Shown in pieces: positions 20,301 through 29,600 of a stretch of DNA of 64,000 bases (position 1 is the first letter of the stretch; each line of letters begins with the position of its first letter). This DNA comes from an uncultured Planctomycetota bacterium (lineage in GTDB: Bacteria; Planctomycetota; Planctomycetia; Isosphaerales; Isosphaeraceae). Below the pieces are notes generated by a model. That model did not search any database. It was not told where the DNA came from and saw nothing but the letters and a program-made list of their open reading frames with translations. The translations under genes were made by a program, and so were the position numbers. The stretch is taken from the NCBI GenBank assembly GCA_963737655.1, contig CAVTTN010000002.1, positions 2,208,001-2,272,000 on the forward strand, written 5' to 3'.

Positions 20301-23299
20301 CCGCCCTTCGAGGCGACGGGCATCCGGTTGTTCTGGAGGACGAACATGACCTGGAACAGAGGCGAGCGGCTCGGGTCTCTCGGCGGCTTCAGGGCCTCGA
20401 CGAGCTGATCGAAGGGGAGATCCTGATGCTCATAGGCCCCCAGGGCCGTTTCCTTCACGAGGGAGAGGAGGTCGCGGAACGTCGGGTCGCCGGAGAGATC
20501 ACATCGCAGGACCAACATGTTGACAAAATAGCCGATGATCCCCTCGAACTCCGCCCGGTTCCTCCCGGCGATGGGGGAGCCGACGGCGATGTCGACCTGG
20601 CCGCTGGAGCGATGCAGGAGCGTCTGGAACGCGGCGAGGAGCGTCATGTACGGCGTCACGCCCTCGCGTCGGGAGAGCGCCTCGACCTTCGCGTTCAGCT
20701 CCTTCGGCAGGGTGAAGAAGACCGACGCCCCCTGCGAGGACCGTTCGATGGGCCGGGGGCGGTCGGTGGGCAGGTCGAGCGGCTCGAGGCCATCGAGCCG
20801 CTTCATCCAGTAGTCCAGGAGCCGTTGGCGGACGTCTCCCGAGAGCCACCGGCGTTGCCAGTCGGCGAAGTCCGCGTACTGGACGGGCAAATCGGGCAGG
20901 GGCGAGGGGCGTCCTCGCGAGAAGGCTTGATAGAGGGAGGAAAGCTCCCCGGCCGCGACGCCCATCGACCATCCGTCGGTGATGATGTGATGCATCGTCA
21001 GGAGGACGGCGTGTTCCTCGCCGGAGAGCCTCACGAGAGCCGCCCGGACGAGAGGGCCGGCCTCGAGGTCGAACGGTCGGTGCAGCTCTCGCGAGGCGAC
21101 CCGCGCCGTCTCCGCCTCGCGATCGGCGGCCGGGACGTCCGCGAGGTCGATCGTCGGCAAGGGGAATTCGCCGGGATCGCCCAGGACCTGGACGGGCCGG
21201 CCGTCGTCGAGGGCGAACGTGGTCCTCAACGACTCGTGGCGGCGGACGATCTCGGCGAAGGCGCGTCGGAGGGCCTCGACGTCCAGGGGGCCGCGGACCG
21301 TCACGGCGGCCGTGACGTGGAACGTCGGCTCGCCCGGGGCGAGGCGATCGAGGAACCACAAGGCCCTCTGGGCAAACGAGGCCGGGACCCTCCGGCCTCG
21401 ATCGACCCGCTCGATCGCCGGTCCGTCGCCGGCCCGAGAGCCTCGCTCCAGCCGTTCGGCCAGCGCGGCGACGGTCGTGGCCTCGAACAGGGCCCGCACG
21501 GGGAGTTCGATCCCCCTGAGTTCGCGGAGCCGCGAGACGACCCGAGTGGCCAGCAACGAATGGCCGCCGAGCGCGAAGAAGTCGTCGAGGGCCCCGATGC
21601 GATCCCGCCCAAGGACCTCCGACCACGCCCTCGCCACGGCCTCTTCCGCTTCGGTGCGGGGCGGGACGAAGACGACCTCGCGGACGTCGTCGGGCTCGGG
21701 CAAGGCCCGGCGATCCACCTTGCCGTGGGCCGTCAGAGGGATCGTCGTGAGCGCGAGGAAGGTCGAGGGGACCATGTAATCGGGCAAGCTCATCTTGAGC
21801 CATGCCCGCAGCTCGGACCCGCCCGGCGCCGGCTCGATCGCCGGGACGAGGTAGGCCGTCAAGCGCGTCTCATCGGGGGAGACTTCCCTCGGAACGACCA
21901 CCGCCTCGGCCACCCCCGGATGCTTCGCCAACGCCGATTCGATCTCGCCGAGCTCGACGCGGAACCCGCGGATTTTCACCTGTTCATCGGCTCGTCCGAG
22001 ATATTCGACCTCGCCGTCTGGGCGGCGGCGGGCCAGGTCGCCCGAACGATACATCCTCGCGCCGGGCTGGCGAGCGAACGGATCGGGGAGGAACCGCTCG
22101 GCCGTCAGCCCCGGGCGATTCAGATATCCTCGCGCCACCCCGGCGCCCCCGACGAAGATCTCGCCGGTCACCCCGGGAGGGACCGGCTTGAGCCACCGAT
22201 CGAGCAGATACAGGCGCAAATCGGGGATCGGCCGGCCGATCGGGCTGGAGCCGGCGAAGGCGTCGAGGTCGCCTCGCGAGATCGGCCGATAGGTGACGTG
22301 GACCGTGGTTTCGGTGATCCCATACATGTTGATGATCTGTGGCGAGGCGTCGCCGTGGCGTTCGATCCAGGGCCGGAGCGACTGCAGCTCCAGGGCCTCG
22401 CCGCCGAAGATGACGAACCGGAGGGCCAGGTCGGCCGGCGAGCCGCCGGATTCGAGGTCGGTCCGGATCAATTGGCGGAAGGCCGAAGGGGTCTGGTTCA
22501 GGACCGTCACGCCCTCGTCGCGGAGCAGCTTGTGGAACGCCTCGGCCGACCGGCCGATGTCGAGCGGGACGACCACGAGCCGGCCTCCGTGGCGGAGGGC
22601 GCCCCAGATCTCCCAGACCGAGAAGTCGAAGGCGAACGAGTGGAACAGGGTCCAGACGTCGTCCGGCCCGAATCCGAACCACGGCTTCGTGGCCGTGAAC
22701 AGCCGGGAGACGTTCGCATGGGTGACCGGGACGCCTTTGGGACGCCCGGTCGATCCCGAGGTGTAGATCACATACGCGAGGTCTTCGGGTCGAGACGCGA
22801 TCACCGGGGGCGATGCCATGCTCGGTGCGTCGTCCAGCCAGACCACCTTCGCCTCGTGCTGGGGCATCCGGTCTTTCAGCGATGGGTCGGCGAGGAGGAC
22901 CGGCACGGCCGAGTCTTCCAGGACCATGCCGACCCGTTCCGACGGATAGATCGGGTCGAGTGGCACATAGGCGCCCCCGGCCTTGAGGATGCCGAGGATG
23001 CCGACGACCATCCTCGCCGACCTCTCGGCGAAGAGGCCGACGAGCGAGCCGGGACCGATGCCGAGCTCGACCAGGCGATGGGCCACGGAGTTGGCCCGGG
23101 CGTCGAGCTCGGCGTAGGAGATCGAGGCGCCGCCGAACGTGAGCGCCGGGGCGTCGGGCCGGCGCGTAACCTGGGTCTCGAACGAGCGGTGGAGGCACTC
23201 GGGCCTGGCTCTCCTCGAGCCATCCTTGAGGCGACGTTCGAGGAGCGAGGGGGCGTCGTCGTTCGGCCGGTCGGGGGCCCGGCGGGCGGTGCTAGTCAT
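17384..23299 (-). CDS. NRPS: A(Thr)-PCP-C-A(basic amino acid?)-PCP-TE
   Basis: Two A domains (YTSGSTGxPKG), two GGHSL PCPs, C domain HHIITDG, TE GWSLGG with C-terminal PGDH. Hand-extracted specificity codes: DFWNIGMVHK (Thr) and ~DIEDVGTIIK. Confidence 0.95.
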   Translation of the reverse strand: MTSTARRAPDRPNDDAPSLLERRLKDGSRRARPECLHRSFETQVTRRPDAPALTFGGASISYAELDARANSVAHRLVELGIGPGSLVGLFAERSARMVVGILGILKAGGAYVPLDPIYPSERVGMVLEDSAVPVLLADPSLKDRMPQHEAKVVWLDDAPSMASPPVIASRPEDLAYVIYTSGSTGRPKGVPVTHANVSRLFTATKPWFGFGPDDVWTLFHSFAFDFSVWEIWGALRHGGRLVVVPLDIGRSAEAFHKLLRDEGVTVLNQTPSAFRQLIRTDLESGGSPADLALRFVIFGGEALELQSLRPWIERHGDASPQIINMYGITETTVHVTYRPISRGDLDAFAGSSPIGRPIPDLRLYLLDRWLKPVPPGVTGEIFVGGAGVARGYLNRPGLTAERFLPDPFARQPGARMYRSGDLARRRPDGEVEYLGRADEQVKIRGFRVELGEIESALAKHPGVAEAVVVPREVSPDETRLTAYLVPAIEPAPGGSELRAWLKMSLPDYMVPSTFLALTTIPLTAHGKVDRRALPEPDDVREVVFVPPRTEAEEAVARAWSEVLGRDRIGALDDFFALGGHSLLATRVVSRLRELRGIELPVRALFEATTVAALAERLERGSRAGDGPAIERVDRGRRVPASFAQRALWFLDRLAPGEPTFHVTAAVTVRGPLDVEALRRAFAEIVRRHESLRTTFALDDGRPVQVLGDPGEFPLPTIDLADVPAADREAETARVASRELHRPFDLEAGPLVRAALVRLSGEEHAVLLTMHHIITDGWSMGVAAGELSSLYQAFSRGRPSPLPDLPVQYADFADWQRRWLSGDVRQRLLDYWMKRLDGLEPLDLPTDRPRPIERSSQGASVFFTLPKELNAKVEALSRREGVTPYMTLLAAFQTLLHRSSGQVDIAVGSPIAGRNRAEFEGIIGYFVNMLVLRCDLSGDPTFRDLLSLVKETALGAYEHQDLPFDQLVEALKPPRDPSRSPLFQVMFVLQNNRMPVASKGGLSLDSLRVDEGPGTAKFDLSLALEESDGALVGSFEYRTDLFDQPTISAMVDRLACLLKAAVDEPETRISRLPLGPTPPPMAGPVVPIADLGVHELFEKQALATPDGLALAWDGGTLSYAELNVRANRLANRLRARGVVRGSFVGVALERRPELAVALLAVLKAGGAFVPLDTGFPRERLARTLEDARAKLAITRGDLLETATALLHLDADAEAIERQPGGDLSPIATLDDPAYVLYTSGSTGTPKGAIVSHRGLVNHNLAAIDLFGLAPGDRVGQVASVSFDIALEEMFPAWVCGATVVQRPDDAVLDPVRFLRWVADERITVLDLPTSYWHVWVEALDRLGLELPETLRLVVVGGEAALPAAYATWKVLAGDRVRWINTYGPTETSIIATAFEPRDTETPDALPIGRPIANVRAMVLDEDLRPVAQGLPGELFLAGECVGGGYVGRRAMTAERFLPDPSSPRPGARMFRTGDRVRVRRDGQIEFLGRVDRQVKVRGFRVEPGDVETALMSHPEISAAIVVARKDDLGENRLDAYFVARNEASAAELRAFLGKKLPRHLIPSTITPLEALPMTLTGKIDRRALPPPQEQAGSSGDSVAPRDEVERRLAAIWGEVLDVASVGVTESFFDLGGHSLAAVRLTARIAEAFGRELPLASLFLGATIADQAARLREVPTGDEPWSPLVPIQPEGQEPPFFCVHPAGGIVYCFRELAMRLAPDRPFFGLQAAGLDGTSPPLNRLEDMAASYVEAIRRHRPEGPYHLGGWSLGGLVAFEMARQLASAGETVASLALIDIQAPTVGDGRDASARGLTGMDADFASLGLFGSGDAIDPGLLAEFLADLGVGSAREARRLVAKLKAMDADSRRGRVLSLFGLDQVYQLDAGPERAGRLWDVLRANYLAGKRYSPGLYAGRATVFRASKRPGALVDPTLGWSSLVEGGVNVVTVPGDHASILRSPGVERLAESLRMMLGGAS

Positions 23300-26200
23300 C
23301 GATCGGGAGGTCCTCGGGAGATAGGGTCGAGAGCATCTCGTCGAGCTCCTCGTCGGTCAGCCCGTCGAGGACGGCCGGGGACTCCTCCTCGCCCCACGAG
23401 CCGAGCATCCTCCGCGTCTCCTCCTCGCTCAGCATCGTCAGTTCTCCGATCGCGCCGTCGGGCTGGGCCACGATCGATTCCAGGAGCCTCCGGAAGTGGC
23501 CGAGCATCCGGTCGATGGTCGCCGGGTCGAACAGATCGGAGGCGTACTCCATCCTCGCCACGGGCCCGCGCTCGTCCTCGGAGACCGACAGCGTGAGGTC
23601 GAACTTCGCCGTACCGCTATCGATGTCCATCGGCGAGAGCGTCAACTCGGGCGATTCCAGCGGCGGCATCGGGGCGTTCTGGAGGACGAACATGACCTGG
23701 AACAGCGGCGTCCGGCTCGGGTCCCGGGCCGGGTGCAAGACGCCGACGAGGCCATCGAACGGGAGGTCTTGATGGGCGTAGGCGCCCAGCGCCTCGCGAC
23801 GGACCCTCGCCAGGAGCTCGCGGAAGCTCGGCTCGCCGGTGACGTTCGCCCGAAGCACCAGGGTGTTGACGAAGAAGCCGATCAGGTTTTCCGTCTCCGA
23901 GCGGTTCCGCCCGGCGATCGGCGAACCGACGGCGAAATCGTCCTGGCCGCTATAGCGATGGAGCAAGACCTGGAAGGCGGCCAACAGCGTCATGAACGGC
24001 GTGGCGCCCTCGCTCCTCGACAGCGATCGGACGCCGTCCATCAACTCCTTCGACAGGGCCGACGCGCGGATTCCGCCCCGCTGAGAGAGGATCGCCGGCC
24101 TCGGCCGATCGGTCGGAACCTCCAGGGCCGGGACGCCGGAGAGCCGGCCGGTCCAGTAGTCGAGTTGCTTCCGGAGGACGTCTCCCCGGAGCCAGTCGCG
24201 TTGCCACGCGGCGAAGTCGGCATATTGAAGGGGCGAGTCGGGCAGGGGCGACGGCTCCCCTCGTCGGAAGGCATCATAGAGGGCGGCCACCTCGCGGATC
24301 AGGACGCCGATCGACCAGCCGTCGGAGGCGATGTGGTGCATCGTCACCAGAGCCACGTTCTCGCGATCGGCCAGCTTCAAGAGCCGGGCGCGGAGCATCG
24401 GTCCCTTCGACAGGTCGAATGGCCGGCGGGCCTCGTCCGCCAGCCTTCGGAGGACCTCCCCGTCTCGATCCGCCTCCGGCACGGCCGAGAGGTCGTCAAT
24501 CGGCAGGGGGAAATCGCCGGCCTGGACGATGACCTGGAACGGCACGCCGCCCCGGGCCTCGAACGTGGTGCGGAGGACCTCATGACGGCGGACGATTTCG
24601 CCCAGGGCCGTCTCCAGCGCCGAAACGTCGAGATCGCCGGAGAGCCGGACGGCCGTGGGGATGTTGTACGTCGCGCGGCCCGGCTCCAACTGGTCGAGGA
24701 ACCACAATCGTTGCTGAGCGAACGAGGAAGGCAGAGGACCGTCTCGCGACACCCGGGCGATCGCCGGGGCGTTCAGGCCGGTCCCGGCGGTCAACTCCTT
24801 CTCGATCAGGCGGCCGAGGCTGGCGACCGTGGCGTTGTCGAGGAAATCCTTGAGCGACGGCTCCACCGCGAACACGTCGCGGAGCCTCGCCAGAAGCTGC
24901 GTTGCGAACAGCGAATGGCCGCCGAGCTCGAAGAAGTTGTCGAAGATGCCCACGCGATCGACGCCCAGGAGCTCGGCCCACATCCCGACCAGCGCCGCCT
25001 CGATCGGCCCCCGGGGCGGCACATAGGCGGCGGCCGTCGGCCCCCGGGATGCCGACGGGTCGGGCAGGGCATTGCGATCGACCTTGCCGTTGGGCGTCAG
25101 GGGCAACGCATCGAGGATCACGAACGCCGAGGGGACCATGTATTCCGGGAGCGACTCCGCCAGTACCGAGCGGATCTCGGCGAAGTTCGGCGCGGCGTCG
25201 GGTCGAGGGACGAGGTAGGCGACCAGCCGTTTCTCTCCCATCGCGTCGTCTCGGGCGGAGACCACGGCCTGGGCCACGCCGTCGCGACCGGCCAGCGCGG
25301 CCTCGATCTCCCCGAGCTCGACCCGGAATCCCCGGATCTTGACCTGATGATCCGACCGGCCGAGGCATTCGAGCGAGCCATCGGGCCGCCACCGGGCCAT
25401 GTCGCCGGTGCGGTAGAGCCGGCCTCCCGGCGTCGCGGCGAACGGGTCGGGCCCGAACCGCTCGGCCGTGAATCCCGGCCGGTTCAGGTAGCCGCGAGCC
25501 AGGCCGGCGCCTCCGATGAACAGCTCGCCGGCCACGCCCATCGGCACCGGGCGGAACCGGCCGTCGAGGACGTACATTTGCGTCTTCGGGATCGGTCGAC
25601 CGATCGTGACCGGCCCCTCGCCCGGCTCAACCTTCGCCGCCGACGACCAGATGGTCGTCTCCGTCGGTCCGTACAGGTTCCACAGGGCCCGTCCCTTCGG
25701 CAACAGTCGATCGGCGAGGTCTCTCGGCAGCGCCTCTCCTCCGCAGAGGATGGATAGCTCGGGACGGCCGGTCCACCCGCCTTCAAGCAAGAGCCGCCAG
25801 GTCGCTGGGGTGGCCTGCATCATTCCGATCCGGTCGCGTTCGAGCCGGGCGATCAGGCGGGGGGCGTCGGCCGCCTCCTCGCGAGAGGCGATCTCCACCT
25901 TCGCGCCGACGGTGAGAGGCAAATACATCTCCAGGGCCGCGATGTCGAACGAGAGCGTGGTCACCGCGAGTAGCGTGTCGGCGGCCGAAGGAGTCAGGAT
26001 CTCCCGCATCCCCTTCAGGAAGTCCCTCAGAGACCCGTGCTCGACCATCACGCCCTTCGGCTTGCCCGTCGAGCCCGAGGTGTAGATCACATAAGCAAGG
26101 TTGTTCGCCTTCGCCCCTCCGGGCAGATTTTCGACGGAGAATTCGCCCAGGCCGTCCCAGTCCGAGTCGAGCCTGACGACGTCCCGGCCCTCGATTGGCA

Positions 26201-26636
26201 GCGATTCGAGGAGGGCGGTCTCGGTCACGAGGATCTTGGCCTCGGAGTCGTCGAGCATGAAGGCCAGGCGGTCCGGCGGGTAGATCGGGTCGAGCGGGAC
26301 GTACGCGCCTCCCGCCTTGAGAATCCCGAGCAACCCCACCATCATCGACGCCGACCGGCCGACGAACAGCCCGACGAGCGTCTCCGGGCCGACGCCTCGC
26401 TGACGGAGGAGCCGGGCGAGTCGATTCGACCGCTCGTTCAGCTCGCGATAGCTCAGCGAGGCCTGGCCGTCGGAGACGGCCGGAGCGTCGGGCGATCTTG
26501 CCGCCTGGGCTTCGATCGCGCGATGGACCAGCGCCTCGGCGGTCCCGGAGGCTTTTTTCTCCCTGAGCAGCCGGGCGACGAGGGCACGCTTCTCGTCCGG
26601 CGTCATCTCGGAGGTCGGCTTGGTGATCTGACTCAC
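23292..26636 (-). CDS. NRPS: A(Gly)-PCP-C (separate gene; the ORF track fuses it to the upstream gene)
   Basis: GTG 26636 overlaps TGA 26633-26635; N-terminal MTPDEKRALVARLL helix; code DILQLGLIWK (Gly); GGHSL; HHIASDG; acidic tail LTDEELDEML. Confidence 0.88.
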   Translation of the reverse strand: MSQITKPTSEMTPDEKRALVARLLREKKASGTAEALVHRAIEAQAARSPDAPAVSDGQASLSYRELNERSNRLARLLRQRGVGPETLVGLFVGRSASMMVGLLGILKAGGAYVPLDPIYPPDRLAFMLDDSEAKILVTETALLESLPIEGRDVVRLDSDWDGLGEFSVENLPGGAKANNLAYVIYTSGSTGKPKGVMVEHGSLRDFLKGMREILTPSAADTLLAVTTLSFDIAALEMYLPLTVGAKVEIASREEAADAPRLIARLERDRIGMMQATPATWRLLLEGGWTGRPELSILCGGEALPRDLADRLLPKGRALWNLYGPTETTIWSSAAKVEPGEGPVTIGRPIPKTQMYVLDGRFRPVPMGVAGELFIGGAGLARGYLNRPGFTAERFGPDPFAATPGGRLYRTGDMARWRPDGSLECLGRSDHQVKIRGFRVELGEIEAALAGRDGVAQAVVSARDDAMGEKRLVAYLVPRPDAAPNFAEIRSVLAESLPEYMVPSAFVILDALPLTPNGKVDRNALPDPSASRGPTAAAYVPPRGPIEAALVGMWAELLGVDRVGIFDNFFELGGHSLFATQLLARLRDVFAVEPSLKDFLDNATVASLGRLIEKELTAGTGLNAPAIARVSRDGPLPSSFAQQRLWFLDQLEPGRATYNIPTAVRLSGDLDVSALETALGEIVRRHEVLRTTFEARGGVPFQVIVQAGDFPLPIDDLSAVPEADRDGEVLRRLADEARRPFDLSKGPMLRARLLKLADRENVALVTMHHIASDGWSIGVLIREVAALYDAFRRGEPSPLPDSPLQYADFAAWQRDWLRGDVLRKQLDYWTGRLSGVPALEVPTDRPRPAILSQRGGIRASALSKELMDGVRSLSRSEGATPFMTLLAAFQVLLHRYSGQDDFAVGSPIAGRNRSETENLIGFFVNTLVLRANVTGEPSFRELLARVRREALGAYAHQDLPFDGLVGVLHPARDPSRTPLFQVMFVLQNAPMPPLESPELTLSPMDIDSGTAKFDLTLSVSEDERGPVARMEYASDLFDPATIDRMLGHFRRLLESIVAQPDGAIGELTMLSEEETRRMLGSWGEEESPAVLDGLTDEELDEMLSTLSPEDLPIDD

Positions 26637-29600
26637 GTCTCGGTCCCCGATTCGAGGAGGCGTTCGATCAAGGCATCGAGCTCCGGCCGAAAGCCGGGCC
26701 GTGGCGTCGGCATCCGCCGTGCCGGGGGCGCTCCAACGCCCCAGTTGCTCGCGCTCCGCCTCGGTCATCATGGAGAGGTCGCCGACCCGGCGGTGCGGGT
26801 CGGCGGCGAGGGATTCCAGCAGGATCTTGAGGTGGCCGAGCATCCGCCCGACCCCCTCGGCGTCGGCTTCCCGCGGGTCGAACCCGAGTCGCAGGCCGAG
26901 CCCGTCGCCGGGGACGACCGTCAGGGTCAACGGATAATGCGTCATCTCCAGCACCCGGGCGTCCCGGACCCCCAGTCCTCCCGCGTTCGCCTTCAGGGCC
27001 TCGTCGATCGGGAAGTTCTCGAAGACGACGACGCTCCGATAGAGAGGGCGGCCACGGTGGACATCACTCCACGTTTGAACACTCACCGGCGGGCTGAATT
27101 CGTGGGGCAGGCGCTCGACCTGCGCCCGTTGCAAGGCCCGGAGCCACTCGACGGCCGGCGCGTCCTCGTCGATCCTAACGCGCAAGGGGATCGTATTGAT
27201 GAACATGCCCACCATCGTTTCGACGCCGGGGAGGTCCGCCGGTCGTCCTGCAACCGCCGCGCCAAAGACCACGTCCCCCCGGCCGGAATAGCGGCCCAGG
27301 ACGATGGCCCAGGCCCCCTGCGCGATCGTGCTGAGGGTGATCCGCTCGGCTCGGGCGAGGCTTTCGAGGACCTTCGTCGTCTCGGGATCCAGCACCGACG
27401 CCTCCTCGGGGAGGCCGATCGCCTCGGCCGGGGCCGACGGACCCTCGATCCCCAGCGGAGTTGGCTCCACGAACCCCGAGAGGGTACGTCTCCAGAAGGC
27501 TTCCGAGGCCGAAGAATCCCGAGTCCCGAGCCAGGCGAGGAAATCCCGGAACGGCCGGGCCCGCGGCAATTCGGCCGAGCGGCGCCTCTCGGCGATGGCC
27601 AGGACCTCGCCGAGCAGGATCGGCAGGCACCAGCCATCGACGATCATGTGATGAAAGCTCCACACCAGCCGGATACCCTCCTCGCCCGAGCGGATGAGCG
27701 TCAGGCGGAGCAACGGCGCGAGCGTGGGGACGAATCCGATGGAGCGGTCCCGGGCGAGGAACGCTTCGAGCCGATCGGCCCTCTCGGCGTCCGGGACGAG
27801 GTCCCAGTCGAGCCGATCGACGGGCAGCTCGGCCTCTCGAAAGACGACCTGGACCGGCCGATCGGTCTCGGCCCATCGGATCGCGGTCCGCAGCGCGGGG
27901 TGACGAGAGACGACCGTTTTCCAGGCGTCAACGAGGGCCTCCTCGTCGATCGTCCGGGGCAGGAGGCAGGTGAACTGGTCGATGTAGACGCCTGGCCGGT
28001 CGTCGTGGATCGAGTGGAAGAGCATGCCTTCCTGGACCGGCGAGAGCGGATAGGCGTCTTCGAGCGCCGGATCTTCGGCGAGGAGCCGATCCCTCAAGTG
28101 GGGGTCGGGATGGGGGAATTCCAAGGGCCCGCCCGGCCGATCGATCCGGGAGGCCGAGGCGGCGAGCCCGGCCACGGTCGGAAAGCGATACAGCTGAGAA
28201 GGCTTCAGGTCCAGCCCGGCGGACCTCGCCCGAGAGACGATCTGGATGCCGCGGATCGAGTCCATCCCGAGGCCGAACAGGTCGTCCTCGACGTCGACAT
28301 CCGCCACGCCGAGCACCTCGGCCACGATGGCCGCCAGGACCGCCTCGGCCGGGTCGCGAGGGCCGAGACCCAACCGGCGCGATCGGCTTCCCGAAACAAC
28401 GCTGGGCGCCGGGAGGAGACGACGATCGACCTTGCCATTGGCCGAGATCGGCAGCGAATCCAGGACCATCAACGACGAGGGGACCATCGGCTCGGGGAGG
28501 CGATCGCGGAGTTCCCGACGGAGGGCGTCGAGGTCGATCGACTCTCCGACGATCGGGACGACGTACCCGGCGAGCCGGCCGTCGTCGCGGACCGTCGCCA
28601 TCGCCGCCGAGATCCCGGGATGCGACCGCAAGGCCGCCTCGACCTCCGCCAGCTCGATCCGGTAGCCCCGGACCTTCACCTGATCGTCGCTTCGGCCGAG
28701 GAACTCGATGTCGCCCGAGGCCAGCCACCTCGCCCGATCGCCGGTGCGGAAGAGTCGCGCCCGGGCTCGGCCGAGAACGGGTCGCGGATGAACCGCTCGG
28801 CCGTCAGCTCGGGCTGGTTCCAGTACCCTCTCGCCACTCCGGGGCCGCCGACGAAAAGCTCGCCCAAGGCCCCGATCGGCACCGGCTCACGCCTCGCGTC
28901 GAGCACGTAAACGCGAGTTCCCGGCAACGGCCGGCCGATCGGCGCCACGGAACCGGCCGGTCTGTTGTCCAAAGAGCCTTCGAAAAACGTGCTATCGATC
29001 GTCGCTTCGGTCAATCCATACGAGTTCACGACCCGAGCCGTTCCGCCGAGGACTTGTCGGAACCTTTCGTGCGCACCGCATCGCCAGAGGTCCGAACCGA
29101 CCGCGACGAGCTTCAGCGGCCCCAGTCGTCGGCCGGTTCGTTCGAGGAAATCGACCAGCGGCTCGGCCACGGCCGGGACGAATTCGGCGAATTCGATCCG
29201 CTCGCGAACGATCAGATCGGCGAGTGCCTCGGGGTCGAGCAGGACGTCCCTCGGGCAAGAGACGAGGCACCCGCCCGAGGCCAGGGCGCGGACCCAATCG
29301 CCGGTGAAGACGTCGAAGGCGCCTCCGGCCATCTGGAGATGGCGCCTCGGGCCGTCGGCGAGGCGGTACGCCTCTTCCCAGGCCCGGAAGGCGTGGGCGA
29401 GGCTCTCATGCTCCACCATCACGCCCTTGGGCCGGCCCGACGAGCCCGAGGTGAAGATCACGTAAGCGAGATGCCTCGGCTCGGCGCTCCCGGCAGGAGG
29501 TTCGCAGGGTTGCGACTCGATCGCGAGGCGGTCGGCTTCCAGGTGGACGACCCGGCCGAGGAAGCCTCCGAGTCGGTCACTCGACGCCCTCTCCACGATC

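Noticed and set aside
23292..28679. Single 1795-aa NRPS ORF from the track
   Set aside because: It begins mid-A-domain and is fused across an indel; reinterpreted as the tail of the FAAL-PKS-NRPS gene plus a separate A-PCP-C gene.
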